DNA of 64,000 nucleotides, from the NCBI GenBank assembly GCA_036172245.1, contig JAYWIR010000001.1, positions 8,122,001 to 8,186,000 on the forward strand, in the 5' to 3' direction. The position numbers were made by a program, and so were the translations under genes. Below the pieces are notes generated by a model. It had not been told where the DNA came from and did not search any database. It was given only the letters and a program-made list of their open reading frames with translations. This stretch comes from Raillietiella orientalis. Lineage: Eukaryota. Positions 25,980 through 38,765 of the stretch are shown in pieces. Position 1 is the stretch's first letter. Every line of letters begins with the position of its first letter.

Positions 25980-26400
25980 AGTGCTTCTGGGATAATTCAA
26001 AAGGAGGAAGCCCGGTTAGGCTACATCGTTCCTTCTGTTGATTCAATCGAAGCTCTTCGCGTGACAGGGGGTGGGTCAGCGGGCTTCCAGGAGCGAGGCG
26101 AGTCGCCTTGGGGGATTACAGGATGTCCGGCAGCAGCAAGAGCAGTCCTTTTCTGCTGGCGCACTTCGCAGGTTAATGCGTGCAGGTGCACACATCGGAA
26201 AATTCCACAGCTTGGAACCGAGTGGCAGCATTCGGAACTGCATTCGCAGCACGTTTCGCTTCATGGTCGAAATGCTCAAGTCCGTTTAACGACGCGGAGA
26301 TATAAAGTCTTTCCGAAAGATCCACGATCGTACAGCAGCGCTCAGCAAGGTCCGCTAACGTCAGGAATTCAGGCATCAGATTGAACTTAACTGTGCAGAA
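25980..26400 (-). mobile_element. L1/Tx1 ORF2 fragment
   Basis: STMKRNVLRMQFRMLPLGSKLW..CAPARI matches the family LTMERMELQMQLRLLALCAQLW..CAPARI. Confidence 0.7.
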
Positions 26401-26589
26401 CTCAATTGTGCAGAGTGCGGAGAGGAAGAATCTCAGAGTCGTTACTAAGCCCAGAGAAGACGCACGCTGTTCCAGGGACGTCGACGGATGTAAACTCCTT
26501 TTCGCGCGCATCGGATTCCATCTTGAAGATCGCGTTGCGCTCGAAGGTCGCGCAGCAGCGAGAGTTATAGCCGACGGCCAGGTCACGTG

Positions 26590-27150
26590 TCAACGCCCGG
26601 AGGAAACGCTGGTAGGCTTGGCGTTCGCGGTCATCCCCACAAGGCATTCGACTGTGCCAATGAAGATGTCCCTGTGCACCTCCTCGAACGCCTCGGACTA
26701 CCGACATTACTGCTGTGCTACTTGCGCTCGTGTGAGCGGCATGAATTCACCAGCACTTTTTCCAGAGTCCGCCACGTTTACGGAGTTTCCGTTTGCAGCG
26801 TCATCAGGACAGCAGGGAAACAACTTATGCGTCTGGTCGTCAGCATCTTTGAGTTGGTGCTGATGGCCTGAAGGCAGACCTTGGTCGACCTCCCTGCTCC
26901 TGCTTGAGCACGCAGGCCGTGGCCGCCTATGTGGTCGATCTGCTACTCCTGCTGCCCATGTCTATCCCTGTGGCTAGGCTTGAGGGCTTCCTTAGGTTGA
27001 TCCGTCTCAGGAACTCACCAGTTCCAAGTCCACGATAGTGTCATTTGGTGCGTTGTAAGGGGAAGGTGCATTCCGAATGGATCCGCGTGGGGTTCCCTAC
27101 AAGCAGGTACATCAAGTATATTGGCGCTTCCTTAAGAGACTTCTGCGTTG
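26590..27150 (+). mobile_element. L1/Tx1 RT core fragment
   Basis: HKAFDCANEDVPVHLLERLGLP, HVYGVSV, SIFELVL, AYVVDLLLLLP, YIKYIG. Confidence 0.8.
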
Positions 27151-27159
27151 CACAAGCGT

Positions 27160-28150
27160 AATTTCTCATCAGGATTGGCCGAGGATTTAATCATAACAAT
27201 AAATATAAAAGAACAAACGAAAATAGTATTTTGTAGTAGTACACTTGAATTTACAACGTGCTTTGGGTCTGCCAAGACCTGCGATGTTCACTTCGGCAGG
27301 GGAGGGGGAAGAAAATCAGGAAAAACAAATAAACAAAGCAAAAAGGAAAGGGTTTTCTCGGGACGAGGAGAGGAACCGCGGAAAAAACCCCTCTGCTGCG
27401 TGGCGTCCCTTGAATTCTGTCCAGGATGCTCACAAGTTCGGTCGGTACGTCGCCCAGGTAAAGCCATCTCGTGGTCCCATTTCCTCAAAACAATTGTCCA
27501 TTGGATGGTGTCCTTTCCACGCAGGCCTCTGCTCCCTGTAGTTCAGGCCGTTACTATTGCTCAAAGTCTCGAGAGAGATGCGAAGGACGCGGCTTACGGC
27601 AGTGCGGCTCCACTCGCGAAGAAGCGTTTCATGACGCCAATGGAGCCGCTCGACGGAATTCTTAGGGTCGTCTATTGACCATCCCAAAGGAGTGAAAGGG
27701 CGGCACAGCCCACCAGGAGGTGCGAAAGAGTCTTTTCCCCTGCACTCCCTACATCTAGCATCCACAATTCTTCTGTCAAGTGGTGAAGGCGTGCATTGCA
27801 GGGGATTCCCCGATGCATCTCTAGCAATTCCAGCCAACTGAGAGGGAAGGTGCCACTGTTTCCGCACGCTAAAGGCCATTTCGCCTCCTCTGGAGAGATT
27901 GCGATGAGTTTGTCCGTGCGTAGAAGCCCTTTAGGCGAGACACTCGCAGTCGCAGCGCTCGTGACATCCACGCACCCGGAAGTATCTTTGTTGCTGCAAT
28001 GCAGCAAAACACCTCCCGCCTTACTGGAAGGTCACTGTCCCTTAGGGAAGCAGCACTGGAGTGATGAGGATGAGCAAAGCCCTCAGCATCTTGTTCCGAG
28101 TAGATCACGATCTCCCGCAGAGAATGACGAGCGTTCCTGCCTCGTCGCAG
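27160..28150 (-). mobile_element. L1/Tx1 3' part
   Basis: VDARCREC..KTLSHLLVGCAAL; T-rich UTR; decayed terminal motif near 27165-27195. Confidence 0.72.
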
Positions 28151-30947
28151 GCAGACGAAGCCCTCCCGCTCGCGCCGTAGGTCTTTCCCCATGTCCCAAC
28201 AAACCCCTGCATTCAGACGGAGTTGTTCTCGAGGAGTCGGGAAATCCAGGCGTTCTCCTCCACCAAGGCAACGATTCGAGGAAGTTGATGACCACAGTGC
28301 CTCAAACTTGGTTGATTCCGTAATCTGCCGCGGCGATTCTTCGTGCCCGACGGAACTCTCGATTGGCTCAGCGGTCTGAACGACGCGCTGCTGTCACTGC
28401 CCGCCACGTATTGCAGACTCGCGCGCGCAGCGAAGGGAGGTCACTTGCACGGCAGCCGCCTGCATGTGGACGGCTGCGAGGTGGCCTCTCCTGGAGAAAG
28501 AAATCCAGGCGTAGATTGCCGACAACGAGCCTATTTCGATTCGTGCTTTCTGCATGGAGACATCATGTACCGAAGCACCCGTAGCAACCTCAACGACCAA
28601 AGGAAGTAAATGCGTCTTTCCTCGCATTCCGTGGGTTCATTCCTGCCTCTGCGCGAGAGAGGGAAAAACCACGAACTTTTCCCTTATACTACATGAATCT
28701 TGTACTACTAGGCAGTATAGCAAACCCACTACGAAGATAAAGCCCACTGCGAATAAGAGGCAACCAGCTGCTGTCAAGAGAGTTACCACAAAAGCAGAAG
28801 GCAATCCGCAAAGGTGGCAAAACACCGATCACGACTGCATCGAGTGGAACAGAGAAGAACTGGAAGGCGCGGATCGACGATCACTTGCCCGGTTAACAAG
28901 GCAGACAAGCCGAAAGCATTCACAAGCAGAGAATAACCTCGACGCCCAAAGTCCCAGAGTCAGTGAAAAGCCTTGTGAAATCTCAATCCACACGCTCGAG
29001 AGCAAAAACCTGGAATCATTCCTCGAGCCTGAAGAACGCATCTGGGAAGCAGTGTGGAAAGTACGGCTCTTCTGCCTGCTCACGTGAGTACATCAAGGAA
29101 TCAATGCATCCTACCGCTGAATTTCCCCGTAGGGTGGATGCAGGTGCCAGAAACCTTCCTGTTTCCTTGCCCACCTTTCCAGTGCACTCTCCAGAGTGTG
29201 CATTTTGCATTTCGCTTCGTCCAAAGGCCTCGCGTGATCTCCCACGAAGGTCAGTAGATATTTGCAGCGAGGAGGTTATCGCATCAGCAGCAGAATGATG
29301 GAGAATTCAGGTCCTGTTCGGTTGCATCTCCTATTAGGAACTGTCCAAGAGCTCCCCGCTTCGAACATACCCACGAATTCTCGTCTCGGATGGCAAACTT
29401 TCTCTGTTGCCGCCCTTCGGGAACGCTGCTCCCTGAAGAACTCGCGCCGCCACGCGGGCGCCAGAAAGATTGCAGCAAGCCAAGGAGATGGGAATGCATC
29501 AACCCTGCACGAGAAATGGCATCAGGTGAATGCGCCACGAAGCATCCCTTTTATCGTGCATTTCTGGCGTGAAAGCCGTGACTCGGATTCCGACAGTTTT
29601 GGGCATCAACTCCTTTCAAATTTGGAAATAATGCTCTCGCAGGGAACCCTTCGCACTGATGGGCGTGTGTCTCCGACATCGGAAATGATATCAATGAGCA
29701 GAAACTGCAGACCAATTCAGAAGAAAGGTCTCCCTGCAGCCAGGGCTTCCTTGGGAAAGTGATATACTCTGCCGCCATGTTGCTGGAGTCTCCCCTCCAT
29801 TGGCAACCATTGCATTCGCTTCCCGAGTTCAGTGGTTGTGCTTTAAGGTGAGCGAGCCTCTCACCGAGTGCTGGGCAATGCGGTCACTTCAACTTGAGAA
29901 TGTCAAGAGCGGTCAACTACCCATGCGGACGGACTAGACGAATGGAAAACGACCGTCCGAGAGTGAGACTGTCGGATTGTCGTTTCCATGAGGATGCATC
30001 AGTTCACGGAACGCATGCTGCGAAGAAAGCTCAATGGCAACCGCACGCATTCACGTATAGAAGAGCGCGCTGCCTCTGAAGCCGATACCATTCTCTATGA
30101 CGGGCGGAACAGTAACATTTCTGTCTCTTCCATATTCGGGAACCCATTCGGCGGTCGGACTGCGCATGGGAGACGTTGCTGCCGCAAGAGGAGAGGCAAA
30201 GAAGCAAACAGTGGAGAGCCGAGCTCCCGCACCCAGCTTAGGGACGTGGTAAGGATTAGGGGACGATCGTCAGCGTTCGTACCGGTGAGGACGGATGCCC
30301 CTCTAACAAGCCGGGTGGAACCGCCGTAGGCCTGCCGTTTGACAATAGGGTACGGATGGATGGTACTTTCCGAGCGTCCTCGCTTCCCAGAGGGCTGTGA
30401 AATGCAACGTCTGTTTTCTGGTTTCCGCACACGCACCAAAAATCGTACCACAATTCTGCCAGAGAACGGCAAAGGCGATCCGTGTTTCTGAACAACCAGC
30501 GTTACTCGACGAACGCAACGACGGAAGCAAAGTCAGTTTCCGGATGTCTGTCAGCAATTTCGCGGGAATCGTGAGTCCTAAACTGAGGGGACCCTTAGGA
30601 CGGGAAGAACGATGCCTTTGGAATGCACGGATGCGGCGAATGAGCGTACATCTGGACATATGGATCTGTATTTTTCTCAGTACTTCCATCTCAGAAAATA
30701 AGGGTAATCCCAGAAAATGCACCCTGTCGCGGCAGTGTTTTTTCCATTTACTGTGGCAGGGCTGCCATGCTCTGCACCGCATTCTCACGACAGCCTTTGC
30801 GATTGTGAACGGCACCGTGGAGCCACCCAGGATTTCCTTTCGTGCGGATTCTTTTTTGCAGAAAACCCATGGAAGAAATGTCATCTTGAGCAGTCTTCGA
30901 ACAACGGAAGAACGTTCCGGAGAGGAATCACCGACATACCTAAGTGT

Positions 30948-31130
30948 TGACGACCTACCTGGATCTGTGGATTGGAGGGAGCAGGGTGACGTGCTGACTC
31001 CAGCTGAGGAACAAGGTGAATGTGGATCTTACTAGGCATTCAGCGAGATAATTGGGAACGAGAACTATCTATGCAGGCAAATGCGTGGATCACGAGACTG
31101 TGGCTCTGGAAGGTGTGCATTTCAACAAGA
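30948..31130 (+). pseudogene. CTSL: Cathepsin L-like (papain C1A) pseudogene, 5' part of mature domain, interrupted by LINE at 31131
   Basis: Reads DDLPGSVDWREQGDVLTPAEEQGECGSY*AFS, then a decayed short intron, then TVALEGVHFNK. Matches C1A consensus LP.SVDWR..G.VTPVK.QG.CGSCWAFS.TGALEG. Catalytic Cys codon is TAC (31030-31032) and the next Trp codon is TAG. Confidence 0.9.
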
Positions 31131-34100
31131 TGATCAGCCAGTCACGCTTGGGCGTTCATTTGTGAACCAATCGAGGACAAAGTCGCCAACCATCGAAACA
31201 ACGGAAAAGAAGAAGAGCCACCGGCATGCAGACCGTGGAAACGAACAGTTCGAAACGGGCTGGAGGAGGACAAAGGGACAGCAACACAAAGCTATAAGAA
31301 AACGGGAGGGCAGCCTTGGGAAGCGATCTTTGGTGGAGTTTCGTTTTCAACGGGGAAAAACAAAAAGCACCAAAAAGTCAAGGATCCTGAGGGAACGAAT
31401 GTTCAGACACAAAATAAATAAATATAGGGAGCGTGGGGACAAGGATCAGCGGGTTCGCCGTTGCAAACCGTCTGTAAACCGGGGGTGGATGTCGGTGATC
31501 TCCGCTTTGATCTCATCTGCAGATGAGACCATCTGGCAGCCGCCTTGATGTAGGTGTCAGCCTCCATGATGATCTTCTGCCGCTGACCGTTGATCATCAG
31601 CGCCTGTCGGGCAGAAAAGATGGCGCGGATGCAATCCATGGATGCAATCACTGCGCTTCTCGACAGTCCGCTCGGCACGAAGAACCGGCGCGGGCAAGTC
31701 CCTTGCGCTATCCGTCCGATGCGAGAGTGCTGTTGTCAGCTTTCGCCAGAGTCTTTGGAGTATACTGCAGTCGATGAAAAGGTGTGGGATCGACTCCGTC
31801 GCCCGCATCTTCCACAGTTCCCTCCAGAAACACGTTGCCATCGCTCGTTGCACTGGAATCCCCAGTAAGGGCAGAGCGGTACGGCTTGTTTCCAAGCAAG
31901 AGGGAACAGCGAACCGTCCACACAATAGGAAGGCACCACTAGTTTCTCGGGGTTCTTGTCGAGGAAGAAGTGATGGAGCGATTTTTCTAGCCCAGGAACG
32001 TCGACCGTCAAGTTGGCAGCACGCACTGACGCACACATCTCGACGGCCAGCGAGCGCTCCCTCCGGCAGCTCCATTGGTCCGAAAGCATGCGGACGTTGA
32101 AGTCCCTGGCGACGAGGTCCCCTGCGCCAACAGGGGCCCGAAGATGCTGAGTCCGTGGCTCTTCACGTCGCCAAAAAAATTCTGTTCCCTGGGCGAGGTA
32201 GTGAGAGCCACTCGGCGCGTTCGTGACGCTTCGTGACGACGAGATCGATGGACTCGACCAGTTGACAACAAGTTCGCCCACCCGTCCGTCGTTGAAGAAA
32301 CGAACGCTACGCACCGCTTCTGCCAATTTTGCTCTTGCGAGGAACGCGACTCCGCACGAACGTGCGTCGCCGCCGAGCCAAAGTGACGCTCCGCCAGCGC
32401 GTTCTTCGATTTCGGTTGCCTGCTCGTCGCAGATTTTGCATATCTCCTGCAGGAGAGCGAGGTCGAGCGGGCGCAGGGCGTTGGCTACTAATCGCCACTT
32501 CACGTCGTTCTGCAGACCGTTCACGTTCCCACACGCGACCGACAGACGACGAGAAGACGCGATTCCCCGCATCACGGCAGCGAAGATGGCGGCTTCTTGC
32601 TCGCTTTCTCCGGTGAGCTGACGGCAAGCAGCACAAGTGGCTGGAGGGCGCGGTCGTGCCACCGGCCTCCACCGTGCTGCAAGAAGGCCAGCGTTCCTAC
32701 TTCGGACAACTGCCCGAGCTCTTTAGCGCAGTGCGTATCGCGCCTATACGCTTTCGCGCGCCGAGCATTCGCTTCCGACCGGGTGATACGCCTCTCGGCG
32801 GCAGAGTCGTATTCCGTGTCGCAATCGGACCGGCGTGGGATGGACAAGCGCTTGACCGGCCTCGTGGCATCCTGAGGGCTAGCGGATTTCTGCTTGCCCT
32901 TTCGTTGGGCAGTTTTCGCACTACGCGCAGTGTCGACGGCGGCTTTCGCCACTGCAAGTGGAGGCTTCCAGCATGTGTTTTGCCTGATGCGTCGTTTCCT
33001 TGCTCTGCAGAGCGTGACGGACGGACTTTGTGGAGAATTTTTTGGAATTTTGTTCTTCCTTCTTACCACAACCGTCCATCCCTCGCCGCATTCCTCGGAA
33101 ACTTCCGCGCCTTTCGGCTCGGGAATTTCCTTAGTTTTCATCACCACCGCGCGAGGCGCTGCATGCGCGACTAGGAAGCGTGGGGACAAGGTCTTTGAAG
33201 CTGTCGCCGCCTGTTCCTCGGGTCGTCCCCTGTTCCCCAGCAGTCGGGGTAGGGCAGCGGTCGTCGAGGGTGCGTTGGCACGGCTGATTGCTTCCCTTGG
33301 CGGGGCAGCTCGCGACGGATCGCCGTTTCCCGGCCTTCGTCGCCCGGGCGTATGCACCCTTCTTTTCTGGCGTGGTGACCATCGGAAGAGAGGGCGCAGT
33401 AGGGGCAGCGGTTTTCCCGTCACTTCGATGCTGCTCCTACATCTACTACCCCGGAGGCCGAGGGTCCATCGGCTTTTGTCTTGTTCGGCCGTTGCACCGC
33501 GCTTCCGCGTGTGTCTTCCGCGACAGTTGCTGGGCCTTCTCTGGGACGCGCGTCGTTTCGGGGCGGGAGAGGACGGTGGCTCTTTCCTCGTTTCTGCTTC
33601 CGCTTTCTTGCCAAACTTCTTCCGAATGTCTTTTATTTTGTTCGCGACGTTCTTTTTTTCTTCCGCGATTTCTTTTCCGCGTTTTAGATTTGCGGATGCC
33701 TTCTTCCTCGCAAGTTTAGGACAATTTTTGAAATCGTGTCCCTTGTCCTTGCAATACCGGCATTTCCCTGAGGGGCATTTTTTGGGACAATGCCCCTGTT
33801 CACCGCATCCCTCGCACGCGCGAGGCTTGCCAGCGTACCAAAGGTGAACGACCGTGTTGTTCACCCTTAGCCTCGCGGGTAGCGATCGGCGGTTCGCCAT
33901 AGTGACCCGAACCGCCGCGATACCTCTGTGTAGGGAGCGAAAGTCCTTGAGGGTGCTCCGAACCCAACCCTCCACAGCGCGTGGATCGTCCTGGGGACCC
34001 GCACGGTCAGGTACTTCAAATAGCTTGGCGTTCCGTTGGGCGACTTCTGCTCTTCAGAGGCGTGGTCGGCCTGTCTTCAAAAGGCAGAGATGGCTCTCGG

Positions 34101-36219
34101 CCCGTTCTTGGAAAGCAAGTTCGTCTTGCCGGAAAGGGCATGCATATGGTACTCTTTTCTTGCCCCCTCCTCCCCCCCTTGTTTTTCGTTTGCCCGCCTC
34201 CCTATTTGGTGAAACTCCGGGCGCAGCGTCTCCTACGCAAAGTCCTGTGGTGCGCTGCACGCTCCCGGGTTCGCCTCAAAAATTTGGTGGCGCCACGCCA
34301 GGACTCTGGCTTGGGCATCCTGACCATCCAGAAGACTGAACTTCTCTCCCTATGTAAGAAATTGTGATCTACTCACTGGTGTGCTCCGGCTCGCCATATC
34401 CTCCAGCGATGTGTCGGCAGTGCAGGACTGCTTTCTTTGCTGCCGCGCAACCTTCTCCGGAGAACTGGATTTGGCTACCCTCTCAGGCATCTGTCCTCGT
34501 TGTTGTTAGCCCATTCCTGGATTTCCTACAGACCCTCGAACTGGAATGCTTGGCTGCAGGAGGCTCTGGAGCACTGGACTTCCACTTTGGATGTGCGTCC
34601 AGAGCAACTGCTACGTATAAAGGGCCTCCTACGCAGACCGATAAGAGTTATCCTACAGGACTGGTCGCTTTGGTCCCGAGTAGCCCTCTCACCCCTCGCC
34701 GCAGCGTTGCCTGCTCTCAGGGCAAACAGCAACAACAGCCTACCGGCGAAGTGGGAGTTCTTCTTCTGCAGCATTGCAGGAGAAGAAAGTGTGCTCAGCG
34801 GCTGCAAAACGAGCGTGTTGGTAGAGGCTGCCACTCCTCGCTACCGGGCAAAGGGACTCCTTCGGTGGAGTGAGCTTCTTGGTTTACTCCCCAAAGAACT
34901 CGTGGTCCCTTAATTGTGTGTAAACACCTCCGTGTTCCCTCTTCGATGGAAACAGGATGTTCTGCTATTCCTGAACTGATGATTTCAGTGCAATAAGCGC
35001 AGACACTTGCTTTCCGGGGGAGTTGCCTCCCCGGACTGCCTCAGATGCGGGGCGATAGAATCGCTTCCGCACCTGCTGCTGGACTGCAGTGACTTGCGGG
35101 AGTTATGGCGGAGGCTCGTTTCGGCACTTCGTCGTCCTCAGGATACTGCCATGGACCTACTGCGACGCTTCTTCAGCGAAGACGGACTGAAAAAAGGCGC
35201 TGTCATCGCAACAATCTGTTGCATACGCGCCATCGTGGCGGCACGTCGTAAGCTACAAGGAAGCTCGCAGGGAATGGACGCCACCAGGATAGCCTCCAAC
35301 CTTAACAAGGCAGCTGTCAGGTGGCTTTATCTGCCCAGAAAAGTCTCCAGAGAAGTCGCCATCGTCAAACGGTGCTTCTAGAAAGATGATGAACGTTTGA
35401 AAACAAAGATCCCTCTCCCCACCCTCCCCTGGTTTTTTGTTTGTTTTGTTCCCCTCTCCCACCTTTTCCTTCTTTTTAAAGCCGGCCTGCGTGCCGGTGG
35501 TCCTTCCGGGTTGAACTTTCTGTATGGGCGTCTCTTGCATCTTGAGGGGATGCAGATCCCTTCAAGTTTGTGGTTTGTTTTTTCAGATAAACCTCCCGGC
35601 GTGACCGGATTCAAACCAGAGCGCCTGGACGGTGGCGAACTTCGCCAGCGCGTCCCTTAGTTGGCGGTCTAAGATGTCCGACTGTACGTCGCACATCTCC
35701 ACGACGAATGAATCATCCATGGGGGGCGAGAAGACCTTCCTTCCACGGATGGACTATGGGGTGCGTAGCAAGCGCTGCACAAGTTCCGCGTCCTTGCATC
35801 GCACCTTGAAGTATCCCAAGCCTTTAACGGGCACGATGGCGAGAAGGCCTTCCTCCCGCACGCCTATACGGGTCAGTTCGTGATCGAATTGAACCCGTAG
35901 CGAGCAGAAAGAAGCCCACTCACCTGATAGCGGAAAGCGGGCTTGTAGCTTTTTGCTACGTAAGCGCGCAACTCCGCTTCATCGGGGGGTCCCCCTTTGA
36001 CGGCTGCAGCTGCAGCAACTTCAGCAAAACTCCTCTCTGACGGCGAGGAACACGAAGTGCAGGCGGTCGTCGGTTCCGCCACTGCAGATCCGGACGCTGG
36101 TCCTCCAACTTCCGTTGCTTCTATAGGCGTTCCCATCTTTTTTCAGAAGCACAAGATAGTGGAAACGTCAGGAGTGACGGAAAAACACGCCCGCACACAT
36201 CAAAGAGGTTTCAATGGAG
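31131..36219 (-). mobile_element. L1/Tx1-type LINE with both ends, RT region internally deleted, carrying a nested insertion
   Basis: 16-bp TSD gtgcatttcaacaaga (31115-31130) / gtgcatttcaataaga (36220-36235). ORF1 from ATG 36136 (frameshifted; RRM-like ..VVEMCDVQSDILDRQLRDALAKF..) with two CX2CX4HX4C knuckles CEGCGEQGHCPKKC and CRYCKDKGHDFKNC. APE endonuclease motifs (VACGNVNGL, DLALLQE, CGVAFL, DGRV, RDFNV) at about 32560-32080 join directly to the ORF2 C-terminal ESIPHLFIDC region at about 31950. Confidence 0.92.
33981..35615 (+). mobile_element. 5'-truncated L1/Tx1-type LINE nested antisense in ORF1 of the 31131-36219 element
   Basis: 9-bp TSD ccacagcgc (33972-33980) / ccagagcgc (35616-35624). 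ORF2 C-terminal motifs APRQDSGLGIL and CLRCGAIESLPHLLLDC; T-rich 3' UTR and family terminal hairpin. Confidence 0.9.
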
Positions 36220-36845
36220 GTGCATTTCAATAAGACTTGACAGTTAGAGTGTTCCATAGCGAACAGAATCTCGTGGACTGCTCATGTGATCAGGTGAACT
36301 CTAAATGGAGGATGGAGGATCCGTGGAAAATAGCTTAGCCTACGGCACGCACTACAACAGCATCGACATTCAGGATAGGTATCCCTACAGGGCCGAAATA
36401 GGCAATTACTAGAAGGAATGCTCCGTGCTCGCTCTTGGACGGAAGATGCCGATTCCCTACCAAGTGCATCGGTGCATCTTCGTGGTGATTCAGAATCCTG
36501 CCGGAAGGTGATGCAGAGCAGCTGGATGTGGTCGTGACCTCAGTAGGACCCGTGTGTGTTCCAATAAATGCCAGTCATGCCCCTTTTTCACTTTTACCAT
36601 TCTGGTAACACAGCAGGATTTTAAAATGAAGAAACATTTTTTTTCTACGAACCACTCTGCGCTGAAGATGATCAAGACCAGGGAGTTCTCGTCGTCGGTT
36701 ACGGAAGGGGAAAGGTTTTTGACTACTGGATAGCAGAAAATTCCTGTGGAGTGTACTGGGGGGAACAGGGCAGCACTAGGATAGCCCCGAACAGGGATAA
36801 CCACTGCGGAATCGCAAGCGATCCGGGTTACCCTACCTTTCTTAG
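36220..36845 (+). pseudogene. CTSL: Cathepsin L-like pseudogene, 3' part (continues after LINE insertion)
   Basis: Frames give VHFNKT*, SEQNLVDCS, GGSVENSLAY..IDIQDRYPYRAE, DGRCRF..ILPEGDAEQL..VGPVCVPINASH, FYEPLCAEDDQDQGVLVVGYG..DYWIAENSCGVYWGEQG..NRDNHCGIAS..YP. Stops, frameshifts and decayed splice sites; catalytic His position is Gln (CAG 36679-36681). Confidence 0.92.
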
Positions 36846-37299
36846 TTTTTCAAAAAAACGCAGTGGTGTTGTGCTGAAAGGGTGATGTTGGTTTGGCGCA
36901 CTGGTGATACGGGAGGAAGGACGCGTCGAAATGAGTTTGCTGCAAGGGGAAGGGCAGAAGGTATGGGTTGCTCGCCTCTTCGGCTCGATTCGTTGGATCT
37001 CGGGATGACGTAAACGCAGTTGCGATGTTCCCAAGCATAGCTGCTTACCATCCTGTTTTCTTTGGTCCTCCTTCTTTTGTTCCAAGGCAGCATTCGTAGC
37101 CATGCAGTACCTCGGGATCATTCTGCATGAGTTAGAGGCTAAGAAACAACTCAGTTAATTCACAGGTGCATTGCAAGCAAGATTGCTTCCAAAAAAGCGG
37201 CATAGACGATCCTTGTTTCTGAACCACAAGCGCCTAATCGACGAACACAACGAGGAACACGCTTGTGGCTCAGCGGTTGGTATGATCATTCCCGCGGAC

Positions 37300-38765
37300 C
37301 GCTGTGTCACGTGTGCATCAAGTGAGAACAGTGTAGTATGCATTGCTGTCGCTTAAGGAAGGGAATTGCATTCGTGCTGACGGGCGGAATTTCCAGTTCG
37401 TGCTGAAGGACACCGAAGGATCGGTGTCTCTCTTCTTGAGAGCCATTGCTCGCGCTTGTAACGTGGTGGTTGGTGACGGGCGTTTGATGCGCCGCGCAAC
37501 TGTCTTTGCGCTTGTCCTTGCAACGGATATCAGGTTAGTCGAGTCTTGGACCAGCATACTGCCACGGCAGAGACGGAAAACAATCTCAAAGAGAATGAAG
37601 GTACCTGGAAGAATTTGGGTTCTTCTAAACAGGCAGAGGAAATCCATGTTGCGACCTACGTGCTACGTCTCCAACGCAAGGAAAGTATCCTGACTGGTAG
37701 TGGGACTGAAGTCTTGAAGTGAGTGGCGGCGTGGTAAGGCCAGTACAGAAGAATGAGCGTACACATTCAGCTGAACCTACCCCCGGCGTGCTTTCCATGC
37801 TTCCGTGTAAGTCAAGAGAGGAACGGGTGAGTAGAATTTATTTGCTCGGAGTGCTTTAAAGTCAGCCTCTGATGTCACAAGTCCTGAGATGAGGAGATGG
37901 AGAAATTTCCTTCCCGTTAGCGTGCAGGCGATCGCGTTCGCAGACGACTCTCCGGGGCTGAGGTCTATTTTGGCGGTTACTGTAGGTCGTTCCTGTTGGG
38001 GATTCTCCAGGAAGGAGGCATCCCATGAGCTTGAGCAGGTAACCAGAGAACAACTCCCGAGAACAAGCGTCATGGAAGTGGAGAATCCTAGCGATACGAC
38101 TCCATTTATTACTCGTTCGTTCGCTTACGCACAGCACGTGCCGATGTGGTTCTTCTAGTTTTCCGTGGGGGCACCAATCAGACGCCTCCTGATCTGGTGC
38201 CTTATGAGATCCATCTTTGGAGTAAGGGGGTGCTGTGCAGCGGAGAGACGAAGTGAATGAGACATGGAAGAAGGTGTCAACCACGGATTTAGAGCTAGGG
38301 GTGCTGCGCATCCCACCGCGGAAGATGCCGACAAATCCCATCTACCACTGCGGATCTTTCGCCAACGCTTAAGAGTAAGCCCGTTTGCCAATCGGAGCCT
38401 CTTCCGTCGAGTGGTAATCTGCATGAGCCGAAAGTTCGGCTTCAATGCTGCAGGAGCATCAGCTTCATTTTCATCTTTCTGATGTAAAAGGTGTCTCGGA
38501 TGGTCACACGCTGTGCTCTTAAAAAAGCTAAAGCTTTCCCGAATAGGTCGCTCCAGTAGAAGCTGTTAGGGGTCTGGCAGCAGTCTCTGGATATGCTGGA
38601 ACCTCTGTGTCCGGGAATTCCTGGCGGCAGATGGCATGCGAGTAGGGTCGAATGCCCCCCACTTCGAAGCATTCTCCTTGTATTTGGATCCACAGGGAAT
38701 GCCGTTTCTTGTTACAATCTTGTATGAGTTTTCTATAAATAAATGCCAGGAGCAACCGGGAGAGA
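37300..38765 (+). mobile_element. Old non-LTR retrotransposon relic (RT-like, family-type 3' end)
   Basis: LVLATDI..W..MKVP and QAIAFADD resemble RT motifs; ends ataaatgccaggagcaaccggg, like the LINE terminal motif. Partly duplicated at 57872-59200 (-). Confidence 0.45.

Larger units (their letters stand above)
32504..38632. repeat. Left arm of large inverted duplication (at least 6.1 kb)
   Basis: Every ORF fully inside this interval has an identical opposite-strand twin with coordinate sum 96504; only two mismatches seen, both at the inner edge. Confidence 0.97.

Noticed and set aside
30397-31035. 212-aa ORF as a complete cysteine protease gene
   Set aside because: Only the last 30 or so residues are C1A-like; it ends at the mutated Trp codon and no ERFNIN-type prodomain is recognisable.
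32894-33847. 317-aa plus-strand ORF (and twin 62657-63610)
   Set aside because: Antisense shadow of GC-rich LINE ORF1; no domain features.
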